64,000 nucleotides of DNA from Eledone cirrhosa (Eukaryota). The stretch lies in the NCBI GenBank assembly GCA_964016885.1, contig OZ024745.1, positions 52,762,001 through 52,826,000 on the forward strand. Direction: 5' to 3'. The position numbers were made by a program, and so were the translations under genes. Below the pieces are notes generated by a model. That model was not told where the DNA came from, did no database searches, and saw nothing but the letters and a program-made list of their open reading frames with translations. Positions 52,646-64,000 of this stretch are shown here, piece by piece. How positions within the stretch are numbered: the stretch's first letter is position 1; every line of letters starts with the position of its first letter.

Positions 52646-53265
52646 TTGAAAAGAATGAAACAAAATTTCATTTCTCACTCTTAGTACGGCTGATACTTAA
52701 ATGTAAGTATGTATGTATATGTACATACATATATGTATACAGACCTACAGTAGTATGTATATATACACATACATGCACACACATATATATGTACGTATGG
52801 GTTTACCGAACATTTATTATAATGTTCGGATTGTTTATAAGCAAATAGCCCGAATTACGCCGTACAGTGTTCAGGCAACCATCATCGCCTATTTGTTCAA
52901 CACTGACACAGGAACGATGTACTAGTTTCAAGCTTATTAGCTATCGTCAGCATCGTATACCTTCCTGCCAGATGATTGAACGTCTGAAAGTATATAATTT
53001 CCTTATGCATATTGACCGCTGAGCAGCCTAATTTGCATATCGAGTGAGTTAGTCGGCCAGGCGCACCGAAAACGATAAATGGAAAAGAGTGAAACGAAAT
53101 TTCATTTCTCACTCTTAGTACGGCTGATACTTAAATGTAAGTATGTATGTATACGTACATACGTATATGTATACAGACGTACATTGGTATGTATATATAT
53201 ATATATATATATATACATACATGAACACATATATATATGTACGTATGGGTTTACCGAACATTTAT
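52643..53265 (-). mobile_element. Second locus of the ~430-bp HHR repeat (1.4 units), between (TA)n tracts
   Basis: Reverse complement of the 40.3-41.3-kb unit. Period 434 (TTAGTACGG at 52681 and 53115). HHR at 52914-52956. Confidence 0.85.
52914..52956 (-). ncRNA. Type I minimal hammerhead ribozyme, fully intact
   Basis: Minus strand: ACGATG-CTGACGA-T-AGCT aata AGCT-T-GAAA-C TA GTA-CATCGT. 6-bp stem I, 4-bp stem II, palindromic ACUAGU stem III, GUA triplet. Confidence 0.88.
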
Positions 53266-53323
53266 ATATATACACATATATATAAACATATAAATACATA
53301 TATATATATATACATATGCATGC

Positions 53324-53396
<73 letters not shown>

Positions 53397-53422
53397 TATA
53401 TAATATATATATATATATATAA

Positions 53423-53524
<102 letters not shown>

Positions 53525-53989
53525 TAGTGACTCTACATTGCTCCATATCTAATGAGCTAATTCATTTCGGTGACCAGACACATGGTTGGATACTGGTAAA
53601 TTATTTATCTAATCGTATTTGGATGAGGCCTTTCAAATGTCAATAGGTATCCTGTGAATAAACATCTGTTAAGATATAATTCCATTTAACAATTATTTGA
53701 TACATTTACTCGCAGCGAGTGTTTCTGTTTGCTTGAAGTATTGTGTGATTTAAATGCTTATGTCTTGGAAGCCGCTAAAATGCACCTAATGCGTTTCCTA
53801 GAGTGGCATTATGCCGTTTAGTTGTTTGACTTGTGTATGTCTTTGTCCACGTATAACTATGTATACAAATTTAACATTTTCCAAGACGTGGATGCATCTC
53901 TCTACAGTAAGTATCATTTGTGCATTGTAGAATTTCATTAATTCTTTTATATTTAAGTGCAACATTTTTAGTGTACCTTTTGTTATCTG

Positions 53990-54660
53990 TTGCTATTTTG
54001 AAGAGAGCGCATTCTCATGGTGAAATCTTCAACAATTCATTGTGAACATTAGCATTTGGATTGATGGCGTGGTATTCCTGTTGCTTCTCAAAAATAAGAA
54101 GTGTGAAGTGTGAAAATGAGTTCTTAATAAGGAATAGGGCGTGTGTTGTACACAATGGAATCAACCTTTGGGTATCCTAATTAGTGCAAATGTACCATGA
54201 GATACCCAGAGTGTACGTAGATGGAGCTGGGCTGATGATGTTTAGAGACGAATGAGTGTGATATAATATGTACATAATTTGACGTTTTGGTTATGGCGTC
54301 TAGAAGTTCATTGTTGTAGAAAGGTAAGTGTGAGGTGACCAAAAATGACACTTTGGGCACATTAACGTTGAGAAAACTTTTACAGAGAATGCAGACCGCT
54401 CACGCTTTGATAGGTAGTGGGAGATACTGATAGAAAGCTTCCAATCCAAAAGATAAGCTACATTTGGATTTGCCAGAGAGGATCAAAACATTTAGTGATG
54501 TCATAATGAAAGACATTGTTTTCACGATATTCATATAGTTGAGAGAATTAGGTGTGATTGACGTCTTCACATGTAAGAGTTGCACATATTGATCGCTTGA
54601 GAATTATTAGAGTAAGAAGAGTGGCCCTACTAGGACATAGGTCACATTTTAGGGTAGCTG
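53990..54660 (-). mobile_element. Very decayed CR1/Jockey-like RT fragment
   Basis: Minus-strand remnants LSDQ, DITKCFDPLW (cf. DISKAFDRVW), VPKVS (cf. VPQGS) and FYNNEL (cf. FINDL). Many indels. Confidence 0.45.
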
Positions 54661-55151
54661 TCTATTTTGGCGACAGATGAGCCATTTCATTACTATGCAT
54701 CCCTTCAATTGAGATAACAAGACGATTACGTTAGACCATATCGGCAGTCTAGGAAACCAACCAATTTAAAATAACATCAGAAAATATCAAAATTAACGTT
54801 ATGAATCAGGGTAAGCGTGTGATGTTAAAAAGAAGAGTGGGCGATATACAATATGCAAAAGTAGAAACCAGCCATTCATTTTATGTTAAAGTTATGAGAG
54901 TAGTAGATAAAAATTCAAATATTGGAATATATTCTTTTGAGGATTTGTACTATTTATAATTTGTCTAGCCCTCTCTCTATCTCACACTCTCTCACTCTCG
55001 CCTTCTGTCCGCTGCAAACATGGTCAGGCATATATTCCTATTCAGGTTGAATTGCTTTTGATCACAATCCGAGTAGATTTTTGGTCAGATCATTCAATTG
55101 ATATAAGGCGAACTTTGGTATATTTCGTGTGACATTAATACGGATAGGTAG

Positions 55152-55467
55152 ATATATATGTATATGTGCTATATATATATGTATATGTGCTATATATATA
55201 TATATGTATATGTGCTATATATATATGTATATGTGCTATATATATATATGTATATGTGCTATATATATGTATATGTGCTATATATATATATGTATATGTG
55301 CTATATATATATATATGTATATGTGCTATATATATATATATGTATATGTGCTATATATATATGTATATGTGCTATATATATATATGTATATGTGCTATAT
55401 ATATATGTATATGTGCTATATATATATATATATGTATATGTGCTATATATATATGTATATGTGCTAT
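55152..55467 (+). repeat. Minisatellite (TA)n-TGTATATGTGC, about 14 units
   Basis: Fixed TGTATATGTGC core separated by variable-length (TA)n. Confidence 0.92.
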
Positions 55468-55799
55468 ACCAATAGTATTTTTTCTTCATCTGGAAACAGT
55501 GAGATTCGATACCTTATTTATGCATATTAGGTAAAGAACATGAAAATATTGATATTTGCTGATCGGTTGTAATTAAAAACACATTGATTCTACCACATAC
55601 TGGGGATCAAATAATCCGAAATGCACTTGCATCAAAGGACAAAGGAAGTTCAAGCCCTAACTGAATACTGTCCAATAAACGTGAAACTGTTGTCGCACAG
55701 CAGACAGCGGACGGGAAATGGAATAATAATATATGGGAAAAACAGAAAATTTGGCAATTAGATTAAAAAAAATAACCTATCCTACAATTTAGACGCACA

Positions 55800-55860
55800 A
55801 ACACATACACACACACAGTTGCGTATATGTATGTATGTGTATATATATATATATACACAC

Positions 55861-55893
<33 letters not shown>

Positions 55894-55915
55894 TATATAC
55901 ATATATATGTACATA

Positions 55916-55965
<50 letters not shown>

Positions 55966-56121
55966 CATATATATGTATATATATATCTATATATATATAT
56001 ACATATATATGTATATATATATATATACATATATATGTATATATATATGTATATATATATATATACATATATATGTATATATATATATACATATATATAT
56101 ACACATATATATATATGTATG

Positions 56122-56184
<63 letters not shown>

Positions 56185-56210
56185 TCATATATATATATAT
56201 ATATAAGATA
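55800..56210. repeat. Interrupted (TA)n microsatellite
   Basis: Seen directly in the sequence. Confidence 0.95.
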
Positions 56211-58766
56211 TTTGTGAAGTATTATGCATCCCTGTATACTTTTCCCTTTTAAGATCATCAATCTTCTTTCTACACACACATTGAGAAAAATAAGGAAAAA
56301 TTGCCAATTTATGTGTATGCATAATTCAATTTCTTTTGCCAAATTTCTCTTTTTCCCTGAAATCTTCCTTTCTTTCTTTTTATCTACCTATTGCTATTCA
56401 TTTCATTTACTTCCTATCTTTATCTAAGTCTAAAAATGTATCTGTGTATCTTATATATGTCAGATCGTAACTATGAATTATGCTACTGATGTAAATTGTT
56501 GCGTTTTAAAACCACATGATGTCTAGATTTCACATTTCTTTAAAAGTCATCGTTCCTATTTTCCTCTCTTCATGCGGCAAAATAGACAGGGCGTCTGATG
56601 GATCAAATAAGAGACGACAACTCACGCACCAACAAAATATGTTGCATGATACAGGCGAACAATAATTGCACAGGTTACTTTAGCGATGCTATGCTTTTCA
56701 AAGCAATCAACAAGTTGTTTGCATATTAGTGTGCCAAGAACTACTTTAGTCATATCATTATTGAGTTTTCAGAATCATTGGAGCATCAGACAAACAGTAG
56801 AGCATGTTTTGTTTCAAGCCTTTATGTTCTGATTTCGAATCCCATTAAGTCCAAATTTTGCAATTTATTCTTTCATTGTCAAACAACATACCAGCGAAGT
56901 ACAGGTATCGGTGGAATCGACTCACTCCTCTGAACATTTACTGTCGTCAGACTAAAACAATTGCTCTTAGTTAGTCTGAATTCTACCAAATTCACGCAGT
57001 ATCATATATATTATTTTTATCATAAACTGCTCGTTCAGCTTCTAAACGCTGAATAATGTCTATTTTTAGGAAGGGTTATTCGCTGTTCATGTTTTATGTT
57101 CTGAAGTGGAATGGAGCGTGGTGAATCTCCGTCATCTGCAAAATATTTGTTTTTTAATAGTAATGGGTGAGGTCTTAAAACGTGAAAAATAAAATAATAT
57201 GCAAACTCGGTTGCAGCATCATTATCAAACGTACCGCATGATAATTATAGATATACTATATTTTTTCTTACACCAGTAAATCATTGTAGTATTGTAGCGG
57301 CGCCATAGTGACATACAGCGTTTGTTAGTCATATTAAACAAGGCGGAGTTCATCTCCTCTTCAAGTCAGAGCACAACTAATTCCTTCATGAGAAAAAGAG
57401 AGAATAGTAGACAGCAAGTAAAACAAAAGAAGAATCGACTCCAGTACTGGACTGGTAATATTTTTATCGATCCATCCCCAAATAATACAATGATGTCTCA
57501 TTAATACAATGATGTTTCTTTCTTGCTTCCACTTTGGCTTTGCCTATGTTTCATGTTCATATGTCGCTTCGATCTACCGACTGATTTGCAATTTTTTTTA
57601 CAAACATGGCAATGGAACTGATTCTATGCATCAAAGTTGGATACTCAACTTGGACTTTAACATCATGTGCTTGTTGATATGACATCAAGCCAGAGTTCGA
57701 AAACACACCTTAGGGCACACTTGGAAACCAATGTTGGATGCGATAAATCTTTATTATTGTTGGTCTCATTCTTTCGCACTTTTCTTTTCAATTCTGCATG
57801 TTTTACCCTCTGCATTTCAACTTTTTTATCTCCATTCCAAATTGTTCTTGTATGAGTAAAAGGAGAGAGTGAGTATGTGTCTACGTGGTCATGTGAATGC
57901 ATATATTATATATTGAAAAACTACAATTATGAGAGTATACATATATTCTGCTGCATTATTGTACGATAACAAAGATGTAAAAAAAAATATCTAAAACTAT
58001 CGAGTATATACTCAATTAAAGAAAACATGATTAATACATTGGGATATAGATAACCGTCTCACTGGCTCTCTCTCACTCTATCTCTCTCTCTATGTCTCTC
58101 TCTCTCTCCTCTCTCTCTTTATATATATATAGAGAGAGAGAGAGAGGGGGAGGGGGAGGGAGAGAGAGAGAAATTGAAATGGGTAGTGTGTAGAGGGTGA
58201 AAGAAAGAGAGAGAGTGAGAGACAGACAAAGAGACAAGGAGAGTAAAGATGTGGAGAAAGTGAATATGTGTAGGGTTTCAACGATGCTGTTTGTTCCGAT
58301 AGATTCTCAATGCCAAAAGGACCCATATTATGCTAAGGTGTAAGCCAAACGCTTAGCAAATGTTTTAGTCTTACGCTTAACTGTAAGAAAGAATAAAAGT
58401 TCAACCTATTTGACACAACTATTCCTTTGATTGCCTGTCTGTACCAATGTAAGTTTGCTGTGCATATTTGCAAAATTATTTTGCAGTGCTCATAAGTATG
58501 TACTTCATTAGCAATTGGAATGGTATGTTTATTCAAAAACACTATGCCATTGGCAACAGCCAAAGGGATTTTGGATAATAGCCAGTTCCCAGCGATCGTT
58601 TCCTATTTCAGACTGTTAGCCAAACAACAAATATTAGGCAAACGGATAACTAGAACAAATAGGGCAAGAGAGCAAGGCAAGTGGAGTTGTGTGTGTGTAT
58701 GTGTGCGAAAGAGAGAAAAAAGAGAGAATGAGAGAGAGAGAGAGGGAGAGAGAGAGAGAGAGAGAG

Positions 58767-58838
<72 letters not shown>

Positions 58839-59058
58839 AAGAGGGATGAAGCAATATTGCATGTCCGTGTGTGAGAGAGAATGTGAGTGATAGAAAGTAA
58901 AATAATGAAAGGAAAAGAAAAAGTAAATAACATATGAGCGATAGAAAGGTGACCTCATTGACTCTAGCTGTAAACCTTGAAATAAGATAAATACCCAAGA
59001 TCTGGCTACATATAACAAAGCAATTTATGGTGTATATGACTATTTATGTGTAAATGTC

Positions 59059-59129
<71 letters not shown>

Positions 59130-59681
59130 ATAATGGTAGCTATAGTGCTTCCATACGCGGTATGACAAAATTAGTACTCAATATTCATACAGAGCAGAGT
59201 GTGGATAATATAACAAAACGAAATATCAGTGATGCATCTGAACTCAGTTTATTGCGTGTTACAATTTTTTCGTCGGCAGGTAGCTCGAGACATGATCACT
59301 GTATGGATCTGGCTGATTCTACAGCTGCAGTTTCCTTCGGACACGGACAGTCCTTCAAAAATATATATATATGATGAAATATATGGAGAATAGAAATGGC
59401 TGTGTAGTTGCTATTTAAGGTAACTTAAAATACAGTGGTAATACGAAGAAAGCAAGAACAGGGGTGGGGGAGTTTTCCTCATCAGTTGTCTACTGGGGAT
59501 CTAGGATATGTCTACACTTTAAAGACAAGATACCACTTTACCACAGGGCGTCAATAACTAGATAAGTTATTGGGAAAACGAAGGAAGGCGGGAAAGAAAC
59601 ATAGGGGAAGAAAAGAGAAACAGTAACAATATATATATATATATTTATATATATATATATATTTATATATATTTATATATA

Positions 59682-59771
<90 letters not shown>

Positions 59772-59776
<5 letters not shown>

Positions 59777-60664
59777 GAAAAAATGGGGAGAAGAATACTG
59801 CATATTTGCACATGGATTACATATTTTAAAATCAGTCCCTCATCAGTGATTTGCCAACGATCATTGGTATTTCATCGCATTAAAAATCATATAACTCAGG
59901 TTGGTGCGAGCAATAACTAAAATAAGCTGTTGGGACAAGTGAGTCGCGTAAAGCGAGTGAGACAAGTAAACAACATAGAAGGAAAAGCAAACCGAAGATG
60001 GGAAAAAAACAAGCAACATGGTTATCCGATCAGCATAAGCTGGGTGAATTTCATGACCGTTCAGAAAACAGACCTTTCGCTGTGAATGGGATGTGAGAAA
60101 GAAAGAATCCCACTCCTAGCGAACGGGAGGAAGTGAGAAGGGGAGAAACAGAGAGTGAGTGAGGGGAAGTGCGAGGAAGAGGTCTGTAGAGAGAAAGTGT
60201 TAACTGACAGAGGGGACGAAAGAAGGTAAGAGAAACAGAGAGAACGGGGGAGCAGTAAGAGAGAAAGAGAGAAACAGATAATCGCAGTTTAGGTAAATAT
60301 ATATGAAAAACATGGGGAGAAGAATACTGCATGGTTGCACATGGATTACATATTATAAAATCAGTTCCTCATCAGTGATTTGCCAACGATCATTGGTATT
60401 TCATCGCATTAAAAATCATATACCTGAGGTTGGTGCGAGCAATAACTAAACTAAGCTATTGGGACAAGTGAGTCGCGTAAAGCGAGTGAGACAAGTAAAC
60501 AACATAGAAGGAAAAGCAAACCGAAGATGGGAAAAAAAACAAGCAACATGGTTATCCGACCAGCATAAACTGGGTGAATTTCATGAGCGTTCAGAAAACA
60601 GACCTGTCGCTGTGAATGGGATGAGAGAAAGAAAGAATCCCACTCCTAGCGAACGGGAGGAAGT
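59772..60664 (-). repeat. Tandem ~529-bp repeat (1.7 units) with CUGAUGA HHR-like motif; probable PLE pseudo-LTRs
   Basis: 59772-60134 is repeated at 60301-60664. TCATCAG at 59840-59846 and 60369-60375. On the minus strand it lies downstream of the GIY-YIG at 61401-61690 and ends at (TA)n. Confidence 0.75.
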
Positions 60665-61400
60665 CAAAATTTAAAATTTAAACATCCAGGTCATTCTAAA
60701 TTTATGAAATATTTACGAGAGTTTACAAAAGAATAACCACTTAGTTATATTATAAAAACAATAAGGAATGTAAAGGAAGTTAGAAGTGATTTTTTAAGAA
60801 CTCAGATGACTCTAAGGATTAAATGTTATGAAGTTAAAAAGTTAAAAAATGTTTATCTTAAGAATATAATTAAAACATGAACCATATGTTATTTTATACG
60901 AAGTCATACATTTACTTGCTAAAAAGTTAAAACATTAACTTTAAAATTAAAACAATAACATTAAAATTAAAACATTAAAAAAAAGTTATCTTAAGAATAT
61001 ATTTAAAGCATAAACCATAGGTATAAAAAAAAATATATATATATATAAATCATGTTTTTCCACATGTATATAAACATTTGGATATATATATTAAAACGTT
61101 TGGAGATATAAAAAATATAAAAATATAAAAATATTGGAAGGTATGAAAATAATGGTTTCACTATATCTTTCAAAGGAGTTTCAAAAGATTTTTCCTAAAA
61201 CCTTCCGTAATTTTTTCAAGAAAAAAAATCTTCTTAAAGGAGTTTCAAGCAGTCATATAAAAAAATGTGATAATCTATCGATAGGTGTAATAATATAAAG
61301 TATATGTGAAGTAGAGATATGAATCATATATAGATATAGAAGACATTATGTAAAAGAGATAAATCATATATTACATTTTATATATATATTTAAAAGTTGA

Positions 61401-61690
61401 GTTTAAACGATGTTTGCAGGAACTGCATTTCGTAAATTAATAAAGTTCTTAATTGTTAGTATAAAAAATATTTCTTCAACACAAAGAGGACAATTTTGGG
61501 ATAAAGCAGTGTATGAAGGAGCTGTGGAAATAATTTTACAAAGCAAAGAATAGTTAATTCTCTTGGATTTCAGGTCCCATAATAAGTTAGATAGAGAAGT
61601 TGAAGATTTTTTGCCAATATTCGTAAAGGAACATTTATGGTTATTAAAACGAGATTTGAAGTCTGTGGAAGTAGAGCCGACATAGATGTT
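61401..61690 (-). pseudogene. GIY-YIG endonuclease of a Penelope-like element (type with C-terminal CxxC/CxH)
   Basis: Open frame NIYVGSTSTDFKSRFNNHKCSFTNIGKKSSTSLSNLLWDLKSKRINYSLLCKIISTAPSYTALSQNCPLCVEEIFFIL...NLRN, then frameshifted CKHR. Fits YIG.T...FK.R..NH..SF....T.LS..W.LK....Y....C.LC.EE...LN.R..C.H. Absent from the ORF track. Confidence 0.85.
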
Positions 61691-62325
61691 TAAATTTAAA
61701 ATGTTGACTTACAACTTTTAATAAAATAAACTATACTACTTTTGCTCTAATGTAAAATACTATATATTTATTTAAATAATTTATAATCCTTAACATTTAA
61801 ACTAACTATTAATATTAAATTATTAAATTAAATCTTTAATATTGAGGTAAATTTTAAACTTTAATTTTGATTTCTAATTTTTAATTTTGATTTAATTTTA
61901 ATCTAATTTTTCAACCTATCATTATAAGTATTATAATCAAAACGTAATGAATCCTGCATTATACATATTATTGTTCCACGGTATTCTCATTTCTTCTCTC
62001 ATTTAGATATACTTACGCTGTTTATATTTATCTCTTCATGCACTCTATTTTCACTATCAATATATATAATCGTTTTTTCTTTCCTCTTCTATCTTCTCCT
62101 TTCTTTTTTTCTTTTTTCTTTTTTTCTATTTTTTTCTTCTTCCAACAGTTTAATTTAAATAAACCGTTATCTTTTCAACCTTCCGGACACTTATTTGCAT
62201 ATTCACTCATAATTTTGTATCACCCTTAATACATGTATTATCTCCACTATCCAGGAAGCTCCAACAGTTAAGTTAGTGTTTTTTTCCGGGTATGTCAATA
62301 TTTATTTATAAAACAAATCTGTATT

Positions 62326-62382
62326 TTATCTGATGAAAGAGCACCATAATTTGCCTTGGTTGCCCTTGAAATATGTATAATA
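62326..62382 (+). ncRNA. Hammerhead-like motif (degenerate stems III/I)
   Basis: TTAT-CTGATGA-AAGAGCACCA...TGGTTGCCCTT-GAAA-TATGTATAA, upstream of (TA)n. The same GAAATATGTATAATAA ending occurs at 24148. Confidence 0.5.
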
Positions 62383-62425
62383 ACATAAATATGGTTTTAT
62401 AAATATAGTTTCCATTTATTAATAT

Positions 62426-62507
<82 letters not shown>

Positions 62508-62709
62508 CACATACACATAAATACACAAACACATAGATACATATATATATATATATATACACACATACATACATATACACATATATATATATATATATAT
62601 ATCGGCGTTATCTTATGGCCAAAACAGCACGACGTGCTGTGACTAGCGGCGACGATTGCCGCCGACAGACTGGTCTGTCAAGGTGAACATACATACGCAG
62701 ACATATATA

Positions 62710-62760
<51 letters not shown>

Positions 62761-62766
<6 letters not shown>

Positions 62767-62999
62767 TAAAATAACAGATTAAAGTTTAAGCAAAGAATCG
62801 CTGCTTTCACCCTTAACGGGATCTTCTGTTACTAACAAAGTCAATCTGTAAACGCAGAAGTGGATATTTCAAAAAACGTTGCTTAAACTTTAATCTGTTA
62901 TTTTAATAAATATTTGCTCTACGGTTCTTATACATTTGATATATATTTATCCTTATCGAGCCGTCTTTGGATTTTAGTCTTCAAATTTATTATTATTAC

Positions 63000-63001
<2 letters not shown>
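62761..63001 (-). mobile_element. Second copy of the 36471-36703 fold-back family
   Basis: Shares ATTTATTAAAATAACAGATTAAAGTTTAAGCAAAGAATCGCTGCTTTCACCCTTAAC and the ~95-bp flank. IR arms 62761-62792 and 62880-62911. (TA)n on both sides. Confidence 0.8.
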
Positions 63002-63033
<32 letters not shown>

Positions 63034-63187
63034 CACACACACACATATAATTATAAGAATAAATAAAAATCAATAAACAAACAAAATACATATACATGAA
63101 GTCAAAGAAAAGTCAAATATAAAAAATTAAAAATAAGGGAATAAAAAAATGATTAAGTTGACAGCGATGCGAAAGAGGAGAAAGGCG

Positions 63188-63218
<31 letters not shown>

Positions 63219-63222
<4 letters not shown>

Positions 63223-63402
63223 GTTTCTACTTTTGGCACTAGGCCATCAATTACCCAGTGCAGTACTGGTACTTTATTTTATCGACCCCGTAAGGATGAA
63301 AGGCAAAGTTAACCTCGGCGGGATTTGAACTCAGGTCATACAGGGAGGTAACTCTATGATTCAAAGCATGGCGTCCGACCCTCTACCGATATTGCCAATC
63401 CT
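63219..63402 (-). mobile_element. SINE copy
   Basis: Reverse complement of the SINE (CTGGTACTTTATTTTATCGACCCCGTAAGGATGAAAGGCAAAGTTAACCTCGGCGGGATTTGAACTCAG). Confidence 0.88.
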
Positions 63403-63453
63403 AGGCAAACAGAGGACTCGACCAAATAGTGCAAGAGAGCACGGCAGGTGGAG

Positions 63454-63454
<1 letters not shown>

Positions 63455-63539
<85 letters not shown>

Positions 63540-63625
63540 GTGTGTGTGTGTGTGTGTGCGTGTGTGTGTGTGTGTGCGTGTGTGTGTGTGTGTTTATCTG
63601 TGTGTCTGTGTGTGTGTCTGTGTGC
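63455..63625. repeat. (GT)n microsatellite
   Basis: Seen directly in the sequence. Confidence 0.95.
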
Positions 63626-64000
63626 GCGCGAGTTTCTGTGTGTTCAGGCTAATCGGTAGAATAGTCTCTAGCAATTCGATACATGCAAGACTGGCTTCCT
63701 ATGGGACATCCTGGTCATGTTCTCTCCTAGATAACTAATTGCAAATGTCTTATATCATTTATTCATATATTTATATATTTTATTCGAAGCTAATGCTTCC
63801 CTACGTCGTTGATCTGATGTATGTGATTAACGTTTCAGCGATATCGATAAATTATTTGGTAGACTTAGGGCGCCACCGTCCATATTTTCCAATATTTATT
63901 TGCTTATTTCAAATCCCTATGACGATAATGTTTCATTTAAATCAAACAATTGTATTTGAATAATTAGCAGCAGCATTTATATATTACAATGATTAACATT

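Noticed and set aside
60665-61400. Very AT-rich block as a possible viral/Polinton or organellar insert
   Set aside because: No ORFs or tRNAs; it lies between a PLE endonuclease and its putative pLTRs, so it is more simply PLE 3' sequence.

Overview
AT-rich eukaryotic (metazoan) DNA, very probably intergenic or intronic cephalopod (Octopus-like) sequence, judged from the dense (TA)n/(CA)n/(GA)n microsatellites and a recurrent tRNA-type SINE. No intact host gene was recognised, and most ORF-track entries are microsatellite artefacts. Decayed transposons include a 5'-truncated Tx1/L1-type LINE with a 10-bp TSD (12.8-15.9 kb), three RTE fragments, a CRE fragment, a DD37D (maT) transposon, a non-autonomous Helitron and about 10 SINE copies. 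The striking signal is a collection of hammerhead-ribozyme (HHR) elements sitting in (TA)n tracts. (i) A ~430-bp non-coding tandem repeat carries a minimal type I HHR at two loci (40.3-41.3 kb, + strand; 52.6-53.3 kb, - strand), which is the architecture of a non-LTR retrozyme that could yield ~430-nt self-cleaved/circular RNAs. (ii) Two Penelope-like (PLE) remnants have GIY-YIG endonuclease fragments followed by HHR-like motifs (25.4-26.0 kb; 59.8-61.7 kb). (iii) Several fold-back elements carry HHR-like cores in their arms. All motif calls were made by eye, and ribozyme activity and expression are untested.
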